A DNA stretch of 64,000 nt, from positions 65,741-129,740 of the IMG/VR virus record IMGVR_UViG_3300037424_000434. One strand, 5' to 3'. The translations under genes were made by a program, and so were the position numbers. This DNA comes from a virus. Shown here in pieces: positions 1 to 10,557 of this stretch. Within the stretch, counting starts at the first letter, position 1; every line of letters begins with the position of its first letter. The notes under the pieces were generated by a model. The model was given only the letters and a program-made list of their open reading frames with translations, was not told where the DNA came from and did not search any database.

Positions 1-15
1 TAATAGAGAAACAAC

Positions 16-294
16 ATGAAATATTCATTCAATATTGATGATAAAGTCAAACTGACTACCATACAATATCATGACTCTGAATATAACCCTATATGGAACG
101 GCATTCATGGCCAAATTGAGGGAACAATATCTGAAATCTATGAGTTTGTCTGCGGCATTAGGTATAGAGTTTTATGGGATAATAACATTGCCAATTCATA
201 TTATGCAGAAGACTTGTCTCTCATTAAACCTGTCAATATATTACTCTTTAATCCTGTCAATATGTTACTGAATGAAGATCTATTCACTTTATAA
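16..294 (+). CDS. Small SH3/KOW-like phage protein with C-terminal EDLFxL tag
   Basis: FNIDDKVKL start, NPxWNG..GQI..V.WDN..NSYY core shared with 1435..1710; ends LLNEDLFTL. Confidence 0.7.
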   Translation: MKYSFNIDDKVKLTTIQYHDSEYNPIWNGIHGQIEGTISEIYEFVCGIRYRVLWDNNIANSYYAEDLSLIKPVNILLFNPVNMLLNEDLFTL

Positions 295-446
295 AATATA
301 TTTAAAATAGTGGGGCAAAATGCCCCACTAGTTCCTTTACATGTCCCATAATATATGTTACCCTATATATACTCTTGCTCTGTAAAAGATAAAACAGTAA
401 ATAATGTTTTTTAATATTCACTCTTTAACAAAAGGCTCTATTCCAT

Positions 447-731
447 ATGAATTTTAATATAGGCGATAAAGTGGTATTATCCAAAGATGTCCTAGATGAA
501 ATATATTCACCGGGTTGCGATTATATCGAGGAATTCGTTGCTCATGTCAAATCTCAAGAACATCCCATTTATACTATCACGGGGTTTGATGGTGGCATGT
601 ATCGTACCGATGCCAAACGTTCCATTCTCTTCTCCATTACCTTGTTTTGGCTATTTCATGAACACGAAATTGTTCATGTGTCGAAATATTTTGACACGGT
701 TCATCTCCCGGATCATCTGTTTACTTTATAA
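447..731 (+). CDS. Small SH3/KOW-like phage protein with C-terminal DHLFTL tag
   Basis: MNFNIGDKVVL start typical of phage SH3-like folds; ends LPDHLFTL. Confidence 0.65.
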   Translation: MNFNIGDKVVLSKDVLDEIYSPGCDYIEEFVAHVKSQEHPIYTITGFDGGMYRTDAKRSILFSITLFWLFHEHEIVHVSKYFDTVHLPDHLFTL

Positions 732-925
732 TTCCTATGTATCAATATGGTACCATTACTTCTCCCTTCATATATTCTTTATATAAATACAAGTAACATA
801 AATAAACTATATACACCAAAAAATATAAATGCTCTATTATCTCAAGGTTGGATATGGACTGATAACTATCTTGTTACTAAAACTATACTAAAAAATAATC
901 AAAATAATCAAAACAAAGGCTTAAT

Positions 926-1378
926 ATGAGACTATATAACTATCTATATGAACGGTACCTAACATCTGTTGAAACTAACCACAATATGGAAATATTCCTT
1001 AATCCATCTGCGGAAGAATTAAGAAGTATACCCTCCTTCCCAGAGTATAGATTCTTAATCAATTTTAAAACTAAAGAATTCTATGCTTGGCATGTCCAAA
1101 TGTTCCATGTATCTGCTATGGATTGGATACGACATGAACATCTCTCCTTATTGCCAGACTTTAATCAATACTGGAATGGTAAAAATAATGACTTTTTGTT
1201 CACTGGTTCTGTTGATCCAGATAAAACAATACACTCTGATCTCATAACTAGTGTTATAGAAAATGGCGATAATCTCAAATTACTTAAATTTGACTTCAAA
1301 TGGATGAAACAATATATCGATATTAAAGAACTCGAATATCTATTGCTACATGGTGATAAAAAGAAAAAATGGCGATAA
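926..1378 (+). CDS. Putative internal head protein, paralog of 20047..20460
   Basis: N-terminus MRLYNYLYE resembles the T4 capsid-targeting sequence; shares NPS..EL..I...RF....KTK with 20047..20460; TATAAATA at 782-789. Confidence 0.55.
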   Translation: MRLYNYLYERYLTSVETNHNMEIFLNPSAEELRSIPSFPEYRFLINFKTKEFYAWHVQMFHVSAMDWIRHEHLSLLPDFNQYWNGKNNDFLFTGSVDPDKTIHSDLITSVIENGDNLKLLKFDFKWMKQYIDIKELEYLLLHGDKKKKWR

Positions 1379-1434
1379 TCCCTTGTCTCTACCCCCCTTT
1401 TATGTTATCATTGTCTTTAATATAAACTATTTAC

Positions 1435-1710
1435 ATGGAGATTCCTTTGGATAACATATTCATAATAGGTGATAGAGTCATTCTTACTTCTAATACATAT
1501 CCCGATAAAATTTCCAATCCCAGATGGAATGGATATTTTGGCCAAATTATTGGATCTGTAACTCACTCTTTTACTCCAAGTATTAATGTTCTTACCGTTT
1601 TTGTTGAATGGGATAATGGAGCACATAACTCATATTATCCCTTTGACTTGTCTCTATATCAAAATATGTCCCCACCTATTCAGTTCCCTGAGGATCTATT
1701 CATTTTATAA
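1435..1710 (+). CDS. Paralog of 16..294 (SH3/KOW-like, EDLFxL tail)
   Basis: IGDRVILT..NPRWNG..GQI..VEWDN..NSYY..DLSL; ends FPEDLFIL. Confidence 0.7.
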   Translation: MEIPLDNIFIIGDRVILTSNTYPDKISNPRWNGYFGQIIGSVTHSFTPSINVLTVFVEWDNGAHNSYYPFDLSLYQNMSPPIQFPEDLFIL

Positions 1711-2175
1711 ACCCTTATTTGAAAATAATATATTCTACCTATTCCTTCTCTAGTCTACGGAACAATATTGCCCCATGTCAAAAAGTCTGTCTATACCCCC
1801 CCCCCACCTAAACCCTTTCTAATATGTCTAACTTATTAATATCATTAGAAAAATATCACACTACATATGATATAAAATAATGGGGCATTTTGCCCCTATT
1901 CAATGAAGGTATCTATTCCTCTCCCACTCCTATGTACTCTTTGTTTATATATAACTAATATTGTTGTATTATTTCCTGATGCCAATAAATTCTTTGATAC
2001 CAAAGAATAAAATATCTGTTTTTTAATGATGATTTTATAATTCCTTTGATACCAAGGGGAAACAGTGTGTCAACTGTTATAAAGTTAAACGATCCCATCG
2101 AGTCCGAGTCATTTTGAAAAATATTTTTCTCTCAACCCTACATTTAAAACTAGACATTCAATTTTTCATATACAC

Positions 2176-2241
2176 TGATATTTACTGGGTCAAGTGAGGT
2201 TTTGCACCTAGGCCGGATACAACTTTTAACCATATCTGGTA
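2176..2241. repeat. 66-bp perfect direct repeat, copy 1
   Basis: TGATATTTACTGGGTCAAGTGAGGTTTTGCACCTAGGCCGGATACAACTTTTAACCATATCTGGTA is identical at 3142-3207; degenerate partial copy near 2349-2373. Confidence 0.95.
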
Positions 2242-2522
2242 TATTCATATCATTAAAAATCTAGAAAATGGAGGTAAAAATATACCATGAATGGTTGATA
2301 TCATTAGAAATTATCTTAATGAAAGTATAAATTAATGAAAGGAAAGAGGGGTTAAGTGAGGTTTTCCCCTAGGGAAAGTATGATACATATATGGTATATT
2401 ATAACATAGAAGGTAGAGGAAATATAAATATAGGAGAGAGAGAGAGAGAAAATTAATAGAAGTTGTGAACCTCGGAAAAGCTGGGGGCAGGAGAATTAAT
2501 GAATATATAAGGGGGAAAGAGA

Positions 2523-2753
2523 ATGCCACATAGAGAAATGACCAGTATGAGGAAATATTATGTATATTGGAAACCGATCTTATCTGAAGAAGATTGGGTA
2601 ATGATACCAATACCCTTTTATACAACCCTCGAAGAAGCATGGAAACGTGCTAGACGTTGTAATGAATTATTCCCCCAGAATGAACATGTAGCAAGTTTTG
2701 CTAATGAGCCTCCTAGACGCAGCTCCTATCTGGATTTAGATATTTTTGATTAA
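2523..2753 (+). CDS. Hypothetical protein
   Basis: ORF with purine-rich upstream region; acidic-hydrophobic C-terminus LDLDIFD. Confidence 0.5.
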   Translation: MPHREMTSMRKYYVYWKPILSEEDWVMIPIPFYTTLEEAWKRARRCNELFPQNEHVASFANEPPRRSSYLDLDIFD

Positions 2754-2795
2754 AGATAAATACATATAACATTAACACAAGGAGAACATATCCCA

Positions 2796-2963
2796 ATGAA
2801 ATTCAATGAATATCTTACTGAAGGGTATAATAGAAGAACGGTTGACAAGGCGATCAACATGTTTTTTGATATGTTGGATAAAAAGGAAACGTCAAATCAA
2901 GACATACAAGATCATATCGAATGGATAGTTGCTGAACTAAAATTACAAGCAAAACATAGATAA
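2796..2963 (+). CDS. 55-aa putative internal head protein (below ORF-track cutoff)
   Basis: Translated by hand: MKFNEYLTEG...; AAGGAG upstream, GATAAATA at 2755, hairpin terminator at about 2990-3042. Confidence 0.65.
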   Translation: MKFNEYLTEGYNRRTVDKAINMFFDMLDKKETSNQDIQDHIEWIVAELKLQAKHR

Positions 2964-3141
2964 TAAACATTCTCATAGGTCACTTATAAACCGAATGAAG
3001 TATATGTCTTCTCTAAAAGAAACATTCTCATTCGGTTTTTTCTTCTACAACCTCAAATAAGCTTTCTTAATATCAACCATACACTATATATAGTATGCCC
3101 CCCATTCTATCTAATTAATACATATAAAAAAACATATACAT

Positions 3142-3207
3142 TGATATTTACTGGGTCAAGTGAGGTTTTGCACCTAGGCCGGATACAACTTTTAACCATA
3201 TCTGGTA
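3142..3207. repeat. 66-bp perfect direct repeat, copy 2
   Basis: Identical to 2176-2241. Confidence 0.95.
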
Positions 3208-3271
3208 AATCTATATCACAGAAAATCGAGAAAATATAAATATACAAGAGAACAGAATACAGGAGAACGCA

Positions 3272-3505
3272 ATGATTAATGAAACAGTAGAGAAGTATTT
3301 GGTCGAAGGAAATGATCCTACAGGTGATTTCCATGGAACAGCGAGAAATGGTGTGTGGAGATATTATGGGATGAATAACCAACAAATAGAATTTAAGTCC
3401 ATGAATGGGGAACATTACCCAGAGAAGATGACAGCAAAAGAATTGATTGCATTAAAAGGTAAAGTAAAGAACTGGGAGTATTCCCCTAGAGGAAGTTTGT
3501 TCTAA
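3272..3505 (+). CDS. Putative internal head protein
   Basis: MINETVEKYLVEG N-terminus, AGGAG RBS, TATAAATA at 3235-3242, hairpin terminator at about 3537-3595 related to the one at 2990. Confidence 0.65.
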   Translation: MINETVEKYLVEGNDPTGDFHGTARNGVWRYYGMNNQQIEFKSMNGEHYPEKMTAKELIALKGKVKNWEYSPRGSLF

Positions 3506-3637
3506 ACAGAACAATCATCTGACAAACAAGACATTGACCGAACAGTGTATGTATTCTCCCTAGAGGAAATACATCATTCATTCGGTCTTTTCTTTATCTC
3601 ACCGAACAAAATTATTTTGATTTGTGTACGATTTTGT

Positions 3638-4027
3638 TTGACTGAGCTGGACGTTGCGTGGTATAATGGAATTGACGACCTAAAATTTTTATACCATATC
3701 TTATGTATTATCTATAGTTAGATATTACAATTATAAATCATGCCAAAAGTTATTCACACCCTATAACACATAACGTCGTATAACGTATATTATGTAAACT
3801 AGAGAAAATTAATTTAAATCACAAACCCGCATAAACACTGGGCTAGCGAGGACACATTATATGGTATATAATAATATACATAGCTCATATTGAATATGTT
3901 GATATCTTTTGGTGTATTATTAGAGCATTACTCTATATGGTATACTCATGATATGGTATATACATACTATATATGGTATCAATAATCATTCACTTCCATT
4001 ATAACACACAACGTCCAGCTCAGTCAA
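3638..4027. promoter_or_regulatory. Inverted repeat made of two convergent sigma70-like promoters
   Basis: TTGACT-gagctggacgttgcgtgg-TATAAT at 3638-3667 (+) and near-identical TTGACT-gagctggacgttgtgtgt-TATAAT at 4027-3998 (-). Confidence 0.8.
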
Positions 4028-4711
4028 TCATTCAATGATTATAATCCTTTAATGTGATATCATGCCAACTATGATTAATATATAGTTATAATAATCTCAT
4101 TAAGAGACTAAAGCTACGCCTTGGGGGCCAATAACATATATGAGAGAAAATACCACAAAAAACAGAGAAAATGAAGATATTTTGTATATGTGAGCTATGG
4201 TATAGACTATCATACAAGGTAATAAGATAATATATACAAGAAGTTGTATGAATATATGCAAGAAATGGACTAGACATTGAACTAGACATTACATATAGGG
4301 TAAAAACGCATCATATAGGGGTGGAAGGGGTGTATAGGGGGTATATCGTTCAAAAACGAAACAGAACCCTGTTAATTGAGGACGAATAGGGGTCCCATGT
4401 GGTATACTCAATGTATGTCAACTTTTTTGACTTCATCTCTCAAAACTTTTTTTGATACATCTAGAACACAAGAGGCATCCACAGGGTTTATAGGTAACCC
4501 ATACTTTTTAAAAACAGATTAGTGTTCATATATAAAAACGTATTCTAATCTAGGATATTAAAAAATTTTTTGGGGGGATTTTTTTCATTGAAAACCCTAA
4601 AACTTTTTCTGGAAAAACACCAGTTTTTCTAAAAGAATAACCCTATAACTACCCGGAATCACTAGGGTTATAGGGTTAAGAAAAAAAAAAGGGGGGGGGG
4701 GGGGGGAGGTT

Positions 4712-5203
4712 TTATTTCACCTTAGTCAAGACCCGAAGGTGGAGGCATTGCACGTTATAGCCGCCCGCGCGAATGGTGTTAATCGTTACGCGCTTTGTAC
4801 CGGCATTGGTATTCACCTCAAACACGCCGTTGAAGCCGTCATGGGTATGCGTGAATTCTTCGCTTAAGACTTCGGTAACGCCAGCTTTGTTAAGTTTGGC
4901 GGCAATGCTGGCATTGCGTTTATTGGCAATTGCTTTGCAATTTTTGGTTACGAATTCTTCAATCATTGCGGCGTTACAACCGTTGAAAGCCTTGTACCAA
5001 GTCTTACCGCCCGCGATAGCATGAAGTTTGCTGTAATAAGACCATTGGTCGCCGCGCAAATTTTGGCCTTCTTCCGACGCTTTGAATTCGCGAATTGCCT
5101 GAACCCGACCCTTTGCCCATTCTTGTGAAGCGGTCAAAACTTCGGCATCCATCGGGGCGAAGACTTCTGCAAGTTTAGTGATAATTTTTGTGGAAGCGGT
5201 CAT
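4712..5203 (-). CDS. Hypothetical phage protein (higher GC than surroundings)
   Basis: GAAGGAG RBS before MTASTK; C-terminal TIRAGGYNVQCLHLR; own TTGACA/TATAAT promoter. Confidence 0.75.
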   Translation of the reverse strand: MTASTKIITKLAEVFAPMDAEVLTASQEWAKGRVQAIREFKASEEGQNLRGDQWSYYSKLHAIAGGKTWYKAFNGCNAAMIEEFVTKNCKAIANKRNASIAAKLNKAGVTEVLSEEFTHTHDGFNGVFEVNTNAGTKRVTINTIRAGGYNVQCLHLRVLTKVK

Positions 5204-5240
5204 ATTCGTTTCTCCTTCGCTGTATTGTCTCGATAATTGA

Positions 5241-5268
5241 ATTATATCATATAACGAAACCATGTCAA
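5241..5268 (-). promoter_or_regulatory. Sigma70-type early promoter (one of many on the minus strand)
   Basis: TTGACA-16nt-TATAAT with extended TG; similar TTGAC sites upstream of gene cassettes near 6678, 8180, 11505, 12504, 13286, 15266, 16555, 17164, 17616, 23411. Confidence 0.75.
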
Positions 5269-6133
5269 GAACTTTTTAAAGTCGGGCAAAAACCCCACCC
5301 GAGTTCTGTTTCTGATTTCACCAATTGTTTATGTGTCATAATTCAAGCATCCACTGGGGATATGGGGATATGCGGTTCCAATGAGGCTATATAGAATACC
5401 CTTATTTGTGTCACTGGAAAATTTTTCATAAGAATATTTAATATTACCAACAGTCCCCTTGAGGACAATGCCAGTTAACGAATCAGCCAAAATATGAGCA
5501 ACAACAAATGAATCGACATTATATTCATATACAGGCAGGTATTTGGTTGGCAGGGTACCAGAGATCCAGAGGCAGGCGGGACTTTCAAGAAAACAAGCGT
5601 TATATGGTTAAATACTTTTTTGACACGAACAAAACTTTTTGAAAGTTTTTATGGAATATCAACAATTACGTGGGTTTTTTTAATGTTTCCGTGATATGCC
5701 TTACGAGGGACCAGCGCAACCTTCCATATACAGTTTGACGACTGAAGGTTTCGCCTTTTCTAGCGGCGTCACAGAAAGAGATATTGGCTCTTTGAATCCC
5801 CGGAAATTTTATTGGATACAAATAGTTGCCTGAAAATTTATCCCAGCTTTGATAGGTACTATCAATCATTCTCAAAACACCCCCACACGAGACAATATCA
5901 AAATACTTTTCGAGATTTCCGCAAATACCTGTATGGGGATTTGGAGAGACTTCACCGGACAACCATGACTCTAAAATCTTGATCACAAGTGTTTTCTGTT
6001 GTATATCGAATATATCAAATGGGGATTTGCTCATTCGTATTTTTCAGGCTCCCCGCAAAATCTGCATTTTCGTTGTCCATGTGGGTCGAACTGGTTCTCA
6101 AAAAAGTGTCCGTATACCCAACATAATTTAGCT

Positions 6134-6361
6134 CTAGCCCTGCTCCATTTGCTTGCCATCCCTATCTCCTTTGTCCGCCGCCAGCATTGACCTATTGGTT
6201 GTCTTATTGGGATCATCAGGGTGATAGTTATCATACCCGTGCCGCAAAATTTTACCGATGATTTGTTGGGCTTCGCCCAACTCTTCGAGAAGGTGCGCCA
6301 GCCGCTCTGTTTCTGCTGGCGTCAATTTGTTGTAATGATCCATTTTGCTTCCTTTCGTCAT
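6134..6361 (-). CDS. MazG-like nucleotide pyrophosphohydrolase fragment
   Basis: ERLAHLLEELGEAQQIIGKILRHG matches the first MazG EExxE helix; the second ExxD motif is degenerate. Confidence 0.45.
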   Translation of the reverse strand: MTKGSKMDHYNKLTPAETERLAHLLEELGEAQQIIGKILRHGYDNYHPDDPNKTTNRSMLAADKGDRDGKQMEQG

Positions 6362-9296
6362 TTATTTAATACGAAGTTCTTCTTCCAGTAGACAGAACTG
6401 ATGCTGAATTTGGTTGAAGTCCTCTGCAACATAAGCCATAAACTGGCCAGCGTGTTCACGCTGCTTGTTCTCAGCAACCATCCCCTCGCGGGTGGTGATC
6501 AACGCTTCAAATTTACAACGGAACATCAATTCTTGACGAGCGGCCTTCAACTCTTTTTCTTTTTGAAATTCAACCAGTGCCAATTCTTTTTAAGCATGAC
6601 TTTCTCCTATTGGTTGTGAGAGCAAGCTCTCTCGGTATCCTTTAACTAAAGCATACATCAATATAAATTTAATGTCAACAAAAAATAAGAGGTTCGTCGT
6701 CCATGTTGTTTTCCCGGTGTATCAGGCTCAGTTATCTCAATCATTTATTTCTTGCCCATGTTCGCAGAATCTGCATGGGAACTCGTTGGTTTCTGTATTG
6801 TTATGTTTGCAGTCAATACATTGCCCCCATATCCCCTCGTCATAGGAACCCTCATTATGGAAACCAAACGGTTCGTGTCTATTTTTGTATTTAATTCTAT
6901 GGTGACAACAGGGGCATTCTCTATATTGAGTTGTTTGTGGGGAGACACTGGATGTCATTGCGGTGATAGCGGCATCGGCCACAAGGGCATAGTCCTGCCA
7001 TCGTTTTTCGTTGCCCCTAGCATCACCAGCGGTATCTGGTGATTCGTCACAGGCAATACATATCGCTCTCGCCACGGCTTCTCTTGTTTCCATTTTTCTC
7101 TCCTTTACATATAAGTAACAGTGGTTACTGTGCATCCGGGGAACATTTTCCTTGCAATCTTTTCAGCTTTTTTGTGGTTACATTTTTCTTTTGCGCCGTT
7201 TTTAATTTCAATCGTTATCACTTCGATATGTGATTGAACCCAATAACCATCATTCCCCCGGTAATTTAATTTGACTTCGTATGATTCACGGAGAACAATT
7301 TCTTTATGTTTTTTCATTATGGGTATATCAGTGCTCCTCTTGTGTCGGTCTATATAGCAACTTAAAATATTGTTGAGCTTTTTCAAGTGCTTTTAATACG
7401 GTCATAATTCCTTATGATTTACCGTAAAAGTAATATCTTCGAGAAATTTTTTGAATTCGGGATTGGTGAAATATTCGCGGCAAATTTCTATATTTGCTAT
7501 CTGGTCCGCATTTTTCGAATTTTTTATTGCGTTGTTAAAAATTTCTTTTGCTTGTTCTGTTGTCATGATTCTCACCTATTTTATGGGGGCAATGTTATAT
7601 GATTTCGTTGTCTGCGATAAATTCCGATCCGCAAGGGGTCCATAGAAGGTCGTCCAAGTTGTTATAGTCAATCACAACAGAACCTGTCAAGCAACTATCG
7701 CAAACCCAATTCCTCAATTCCTCAACCAGTTCCACCTCGCTATCGAATCTCTTCGACCATCCGGGGTTGGAGCATTTATGCAAACATAGTCTTTCCACTG
7801 AACCTCCAAAACACAACAATTACTTCTGTGGGATTGTTGACCGTTCAACCAATCCTTTACATGGTTATTCTAACTTCTGTGCAAATTTCCGTGCAACCCA
7901 CAGTGATCAGCCCAGCAAGTGCAACAGCCATTACTTTGAGCGACCTTCAACGCTTTTTCGTGAAATTCAACCAGCTCCAGTTTTCCTCTTTTGAGGAGAG
8001 CGATATATTCACCGTGACCTCGTTCTGCGAGTGCTACGGCTTGGCTACGGCTCAGGTGGTTCATCACAGTAAAGATATCCAGTGCCAATTCTTTTTTAAG
8101 CATGTCTTTCTCCTATTGGTTGGGGGATTGTCTTGTCGTTTACTATACACAAACTATACACCAATAACTATTTGATGTCAACACAAAACAACCAAAGTGG
8201 TTTAGATCCACGAACATCAATGATGTCCGTGATGCATTCCTCGTTATTAAAGGCTAGTTATTTGGACGCGATAGTTCTATACGATCATATAGGTCTTCTA
8301 GACTGTTTGTTTGGTCTCTTAGTCTAGTAGATATATAATCAATATCCGAGGCCAGTGGTGTAAGAAAACCGTTTTCACCTGCTGCATCTTCTTCCGTAGA
8401 AACCGGAAGTGCGGGCCTAGTCACGCTTGTTAAAATGTCATTCAGGTGTCTGATAATGGTTTCATTTCGTTCCAGAGCGGAATAGAGATTGCCCATCGCC
8501 TGTGTAATTTCTGCTGTTTTGTTGTTTGTAACTTCCCCTGCCGGGGAGTGGTTTTGTTTTGTCTTCACGATGCTGTTAGGATCTAGCGTATACATAAAAT
8601 TTTCTCCTCTCTAAATATATTAATTAATTTCTTCAAAATTGTCAATAAAATATTGACGTGCGACATACCACAAATCGGAATGGTTCTTTGGATTCCGGGC
8701 TATCATTCCCATATCAGTTTCAGGGAAATCAACATCAGACACAGAAATACCGGTCATATTCTCTCCCTGAACATACTCTCTCATTTCTGCTACATTGGTC
8801 CTTCGATATTTTTTATACATATTTGTACCTCCTTTGTTATTTTCTTTGTCATTAAAGCAATCCTTTTGATAACAACATTAACCAAGACACATGTTTTATT
8901 GCTATGGTTTATTCAGAATCGTCTTCATGTACATATAATGTTTGTTCTAGATACGATCCAACACGGTGCTTTAGACCACATGTACAAGTTTTGTCATAAT
9001 ACCCAAAATCACACGAAGATGGATGTTCAAACTCAAAATGGTTAGGCATGTCCAGTATGGCTTTTTGTAGTTTTTCGTTTTGTTTTTGAAGAACGTCCAG
9101 CTCATCCAAGGCCATAGCAATAGCTTCACTTGAAGTTGCCGAATGACCTTCACCGCAGCACACCATGGAACTTAGCATACCTATAGCCGTGCGTATTTTG
9201 TCTCTCACGTTTCAATCTCCTTTAATGTTTTTTGATAACAATCTTTTAATAAAAAACAAAACCTACTCTTTTTCTGTTTATCAACAAATTAGAAAC

Positions 9297-9809
9297 CTAA
9301 ACTCCCGCACGGTGCTTCTCGATCCGGTCGAAAATCTCATAAACAAACGCCTCGTGTTCGTCTTTAAGATTTATTTTTGCTTTATTGAATTCATAGTATT
9401 GTTGGGCTGTATTTCCGAACTTGTAGCCCATCGCTGTCCAGTCAATAACCATATGGATAACATCCATATAATTTTCAGCGGTTTCGTGGTGGTGGTGATT
9501 CTTCTCTTTGTGATTTTTCCACGCAGAATCAAAGCCACTGGATCTCTTGTCTTCGTCATTCACTGGGGAGAATGATGCCCTATACTGGACAAATTCTTCC
9601 TTACTGAATTTCGATAAATCGTGCGCTATCACTTCGGCCCGAAGAGTATGCCAACCACAATCATCCCCAACCCACAACATGTCACCACAAGCGTTTGATA
9701 TTTCAATAAACGCTAATCGCACATTTTCAAGATGATCTTCGAGGTAGTCTAAATACTGCCGTGTTTTGTCGATATAGTCTTGTCCTGCCATCCGATCTAT
9801 AAAAGCCAT
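9297..9809 (-). CDS. HD-superfamily (DUF5662-like) protein
   Basis: H..NV, HDLSKF..EEF, AW..H...NHHH.E, MVIDW.AM motifs. Confidence 0.65.
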   Translation of the reverse strand: MAFIDRMAGQDYIDKTRQYLDYLEDHLENVRLAFIEISNACGDMLWVGDDCGWHTLRAEVIAHDLSKFSKEEFVQYRASFSPVNDEDKRSSGFDSAWKNHKEKNHHHHETAENYMDVIHMVIDWTAMGYKFGNTAQQYYEFNKAKINLKDEHEAFVYEIFDRIEKHRAGV

Positions 9810-9876
9810 AATTCCTCCTTTCTGGTATCAAATATTCAGTCCATTTTCGTGTTATTGAATTTGCTTGTCTCGGGGT

Positions 9877-10101
9877 TTATCGATCTTTTCCTTTGGTTCC
9901 CTTGATATAAGCTTCTTTGTTGAGCCTGATTTGTTCTACTGTTGCTTGTTCAGATCCGCAGTAATCACAGACAGCATAATGAAGATCCACAACAATAGGA
10001 ATCCCATCAATCGTCTCATCCAATACATGTTTAGTTACCAAGTAGTCTACGTAACCTATAAAACAGATTGGGCATTTGGTTGACTCTGTTTGATTATTCA
10101 C
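9877..10101 (-). CDS. MqsA/YgiT-type zinc-finger protein without HTH
   Basis: CPIC...IVVDLHYAVCDYCGSEQAT.EQ pattern. Confidence 0.55.
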   Translation of the reverse strand: MNNQTESTKCPICFIGYVDYLVTKHVLDETIDGIPIVVDLHYAVCDYCGSEQATVEQIRLNKEAYIKGTKGKDR

Positions 10102-10353
10102 CGAAGTTCCTTTGGGGTTTAGTTTGTCTTGCTTGGCATGGAGACGGTTGATTGTGTTGCACCCGAGGGAATTTAGATAAAGCCAAGTGACGCTACCCCG
10201 AATTCATATGCAGACCGCCATCCACACCACGCATCTTGAATTGACGGCAACACATAATCGCCATGTTCGTTGCGTCTCATTGTATGCTTGTTTCCCCTGA
10301 GATGGTACATTTCGAAATCCTCGCGAATTTTTGCTTCATCCATTACTATCTCC

Positions 10354-10557
10354 TTATATCTTGAACAAATCGCCATCAAAATATTCCACAACACTACTCT
10401 TTTTATGTTTGGCCAAACATCTTTTACAGGTTATATTGTCAACAACAAGCGTAAGTTTCAAGCCCTTGCCTCTTGCTCGTTTTGTTTTGCAGAGGGCTTC
10501 GTTTATGCCGTAATGTATCACCGGAACATACTCTCCGAATTTTCTCCATAAATACAT
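10354..10557 (-). CDS. Small zinc-finger protein with DLFxI tail
   Basis: H...LC...ITCKRC; ends FDGDLFKI. Confidence 0.6.
   Translation of the reverse strand: MYLWRKFGEYVPVIHYGINEALCKTKRARGKGLKLTLVVDNITCKRCLAKHKKSSVVEYFDGDLFKI

Noticed and set aside
2176..3207. 66-bp repeats as a CRISPR array
   Set aside because: Only two full copies about 900 bp apart with genes between; no regular spacers and no cas genes.
4638..4707. Telomere-like TAGGGTTA repeats and G-quadruplex
   Set aside because: Explained by a single hairpin (TAACCCTATAAC/GTTATAGGGTTA) at the end of a gene; the A10/G16 run lengths are unreliable.
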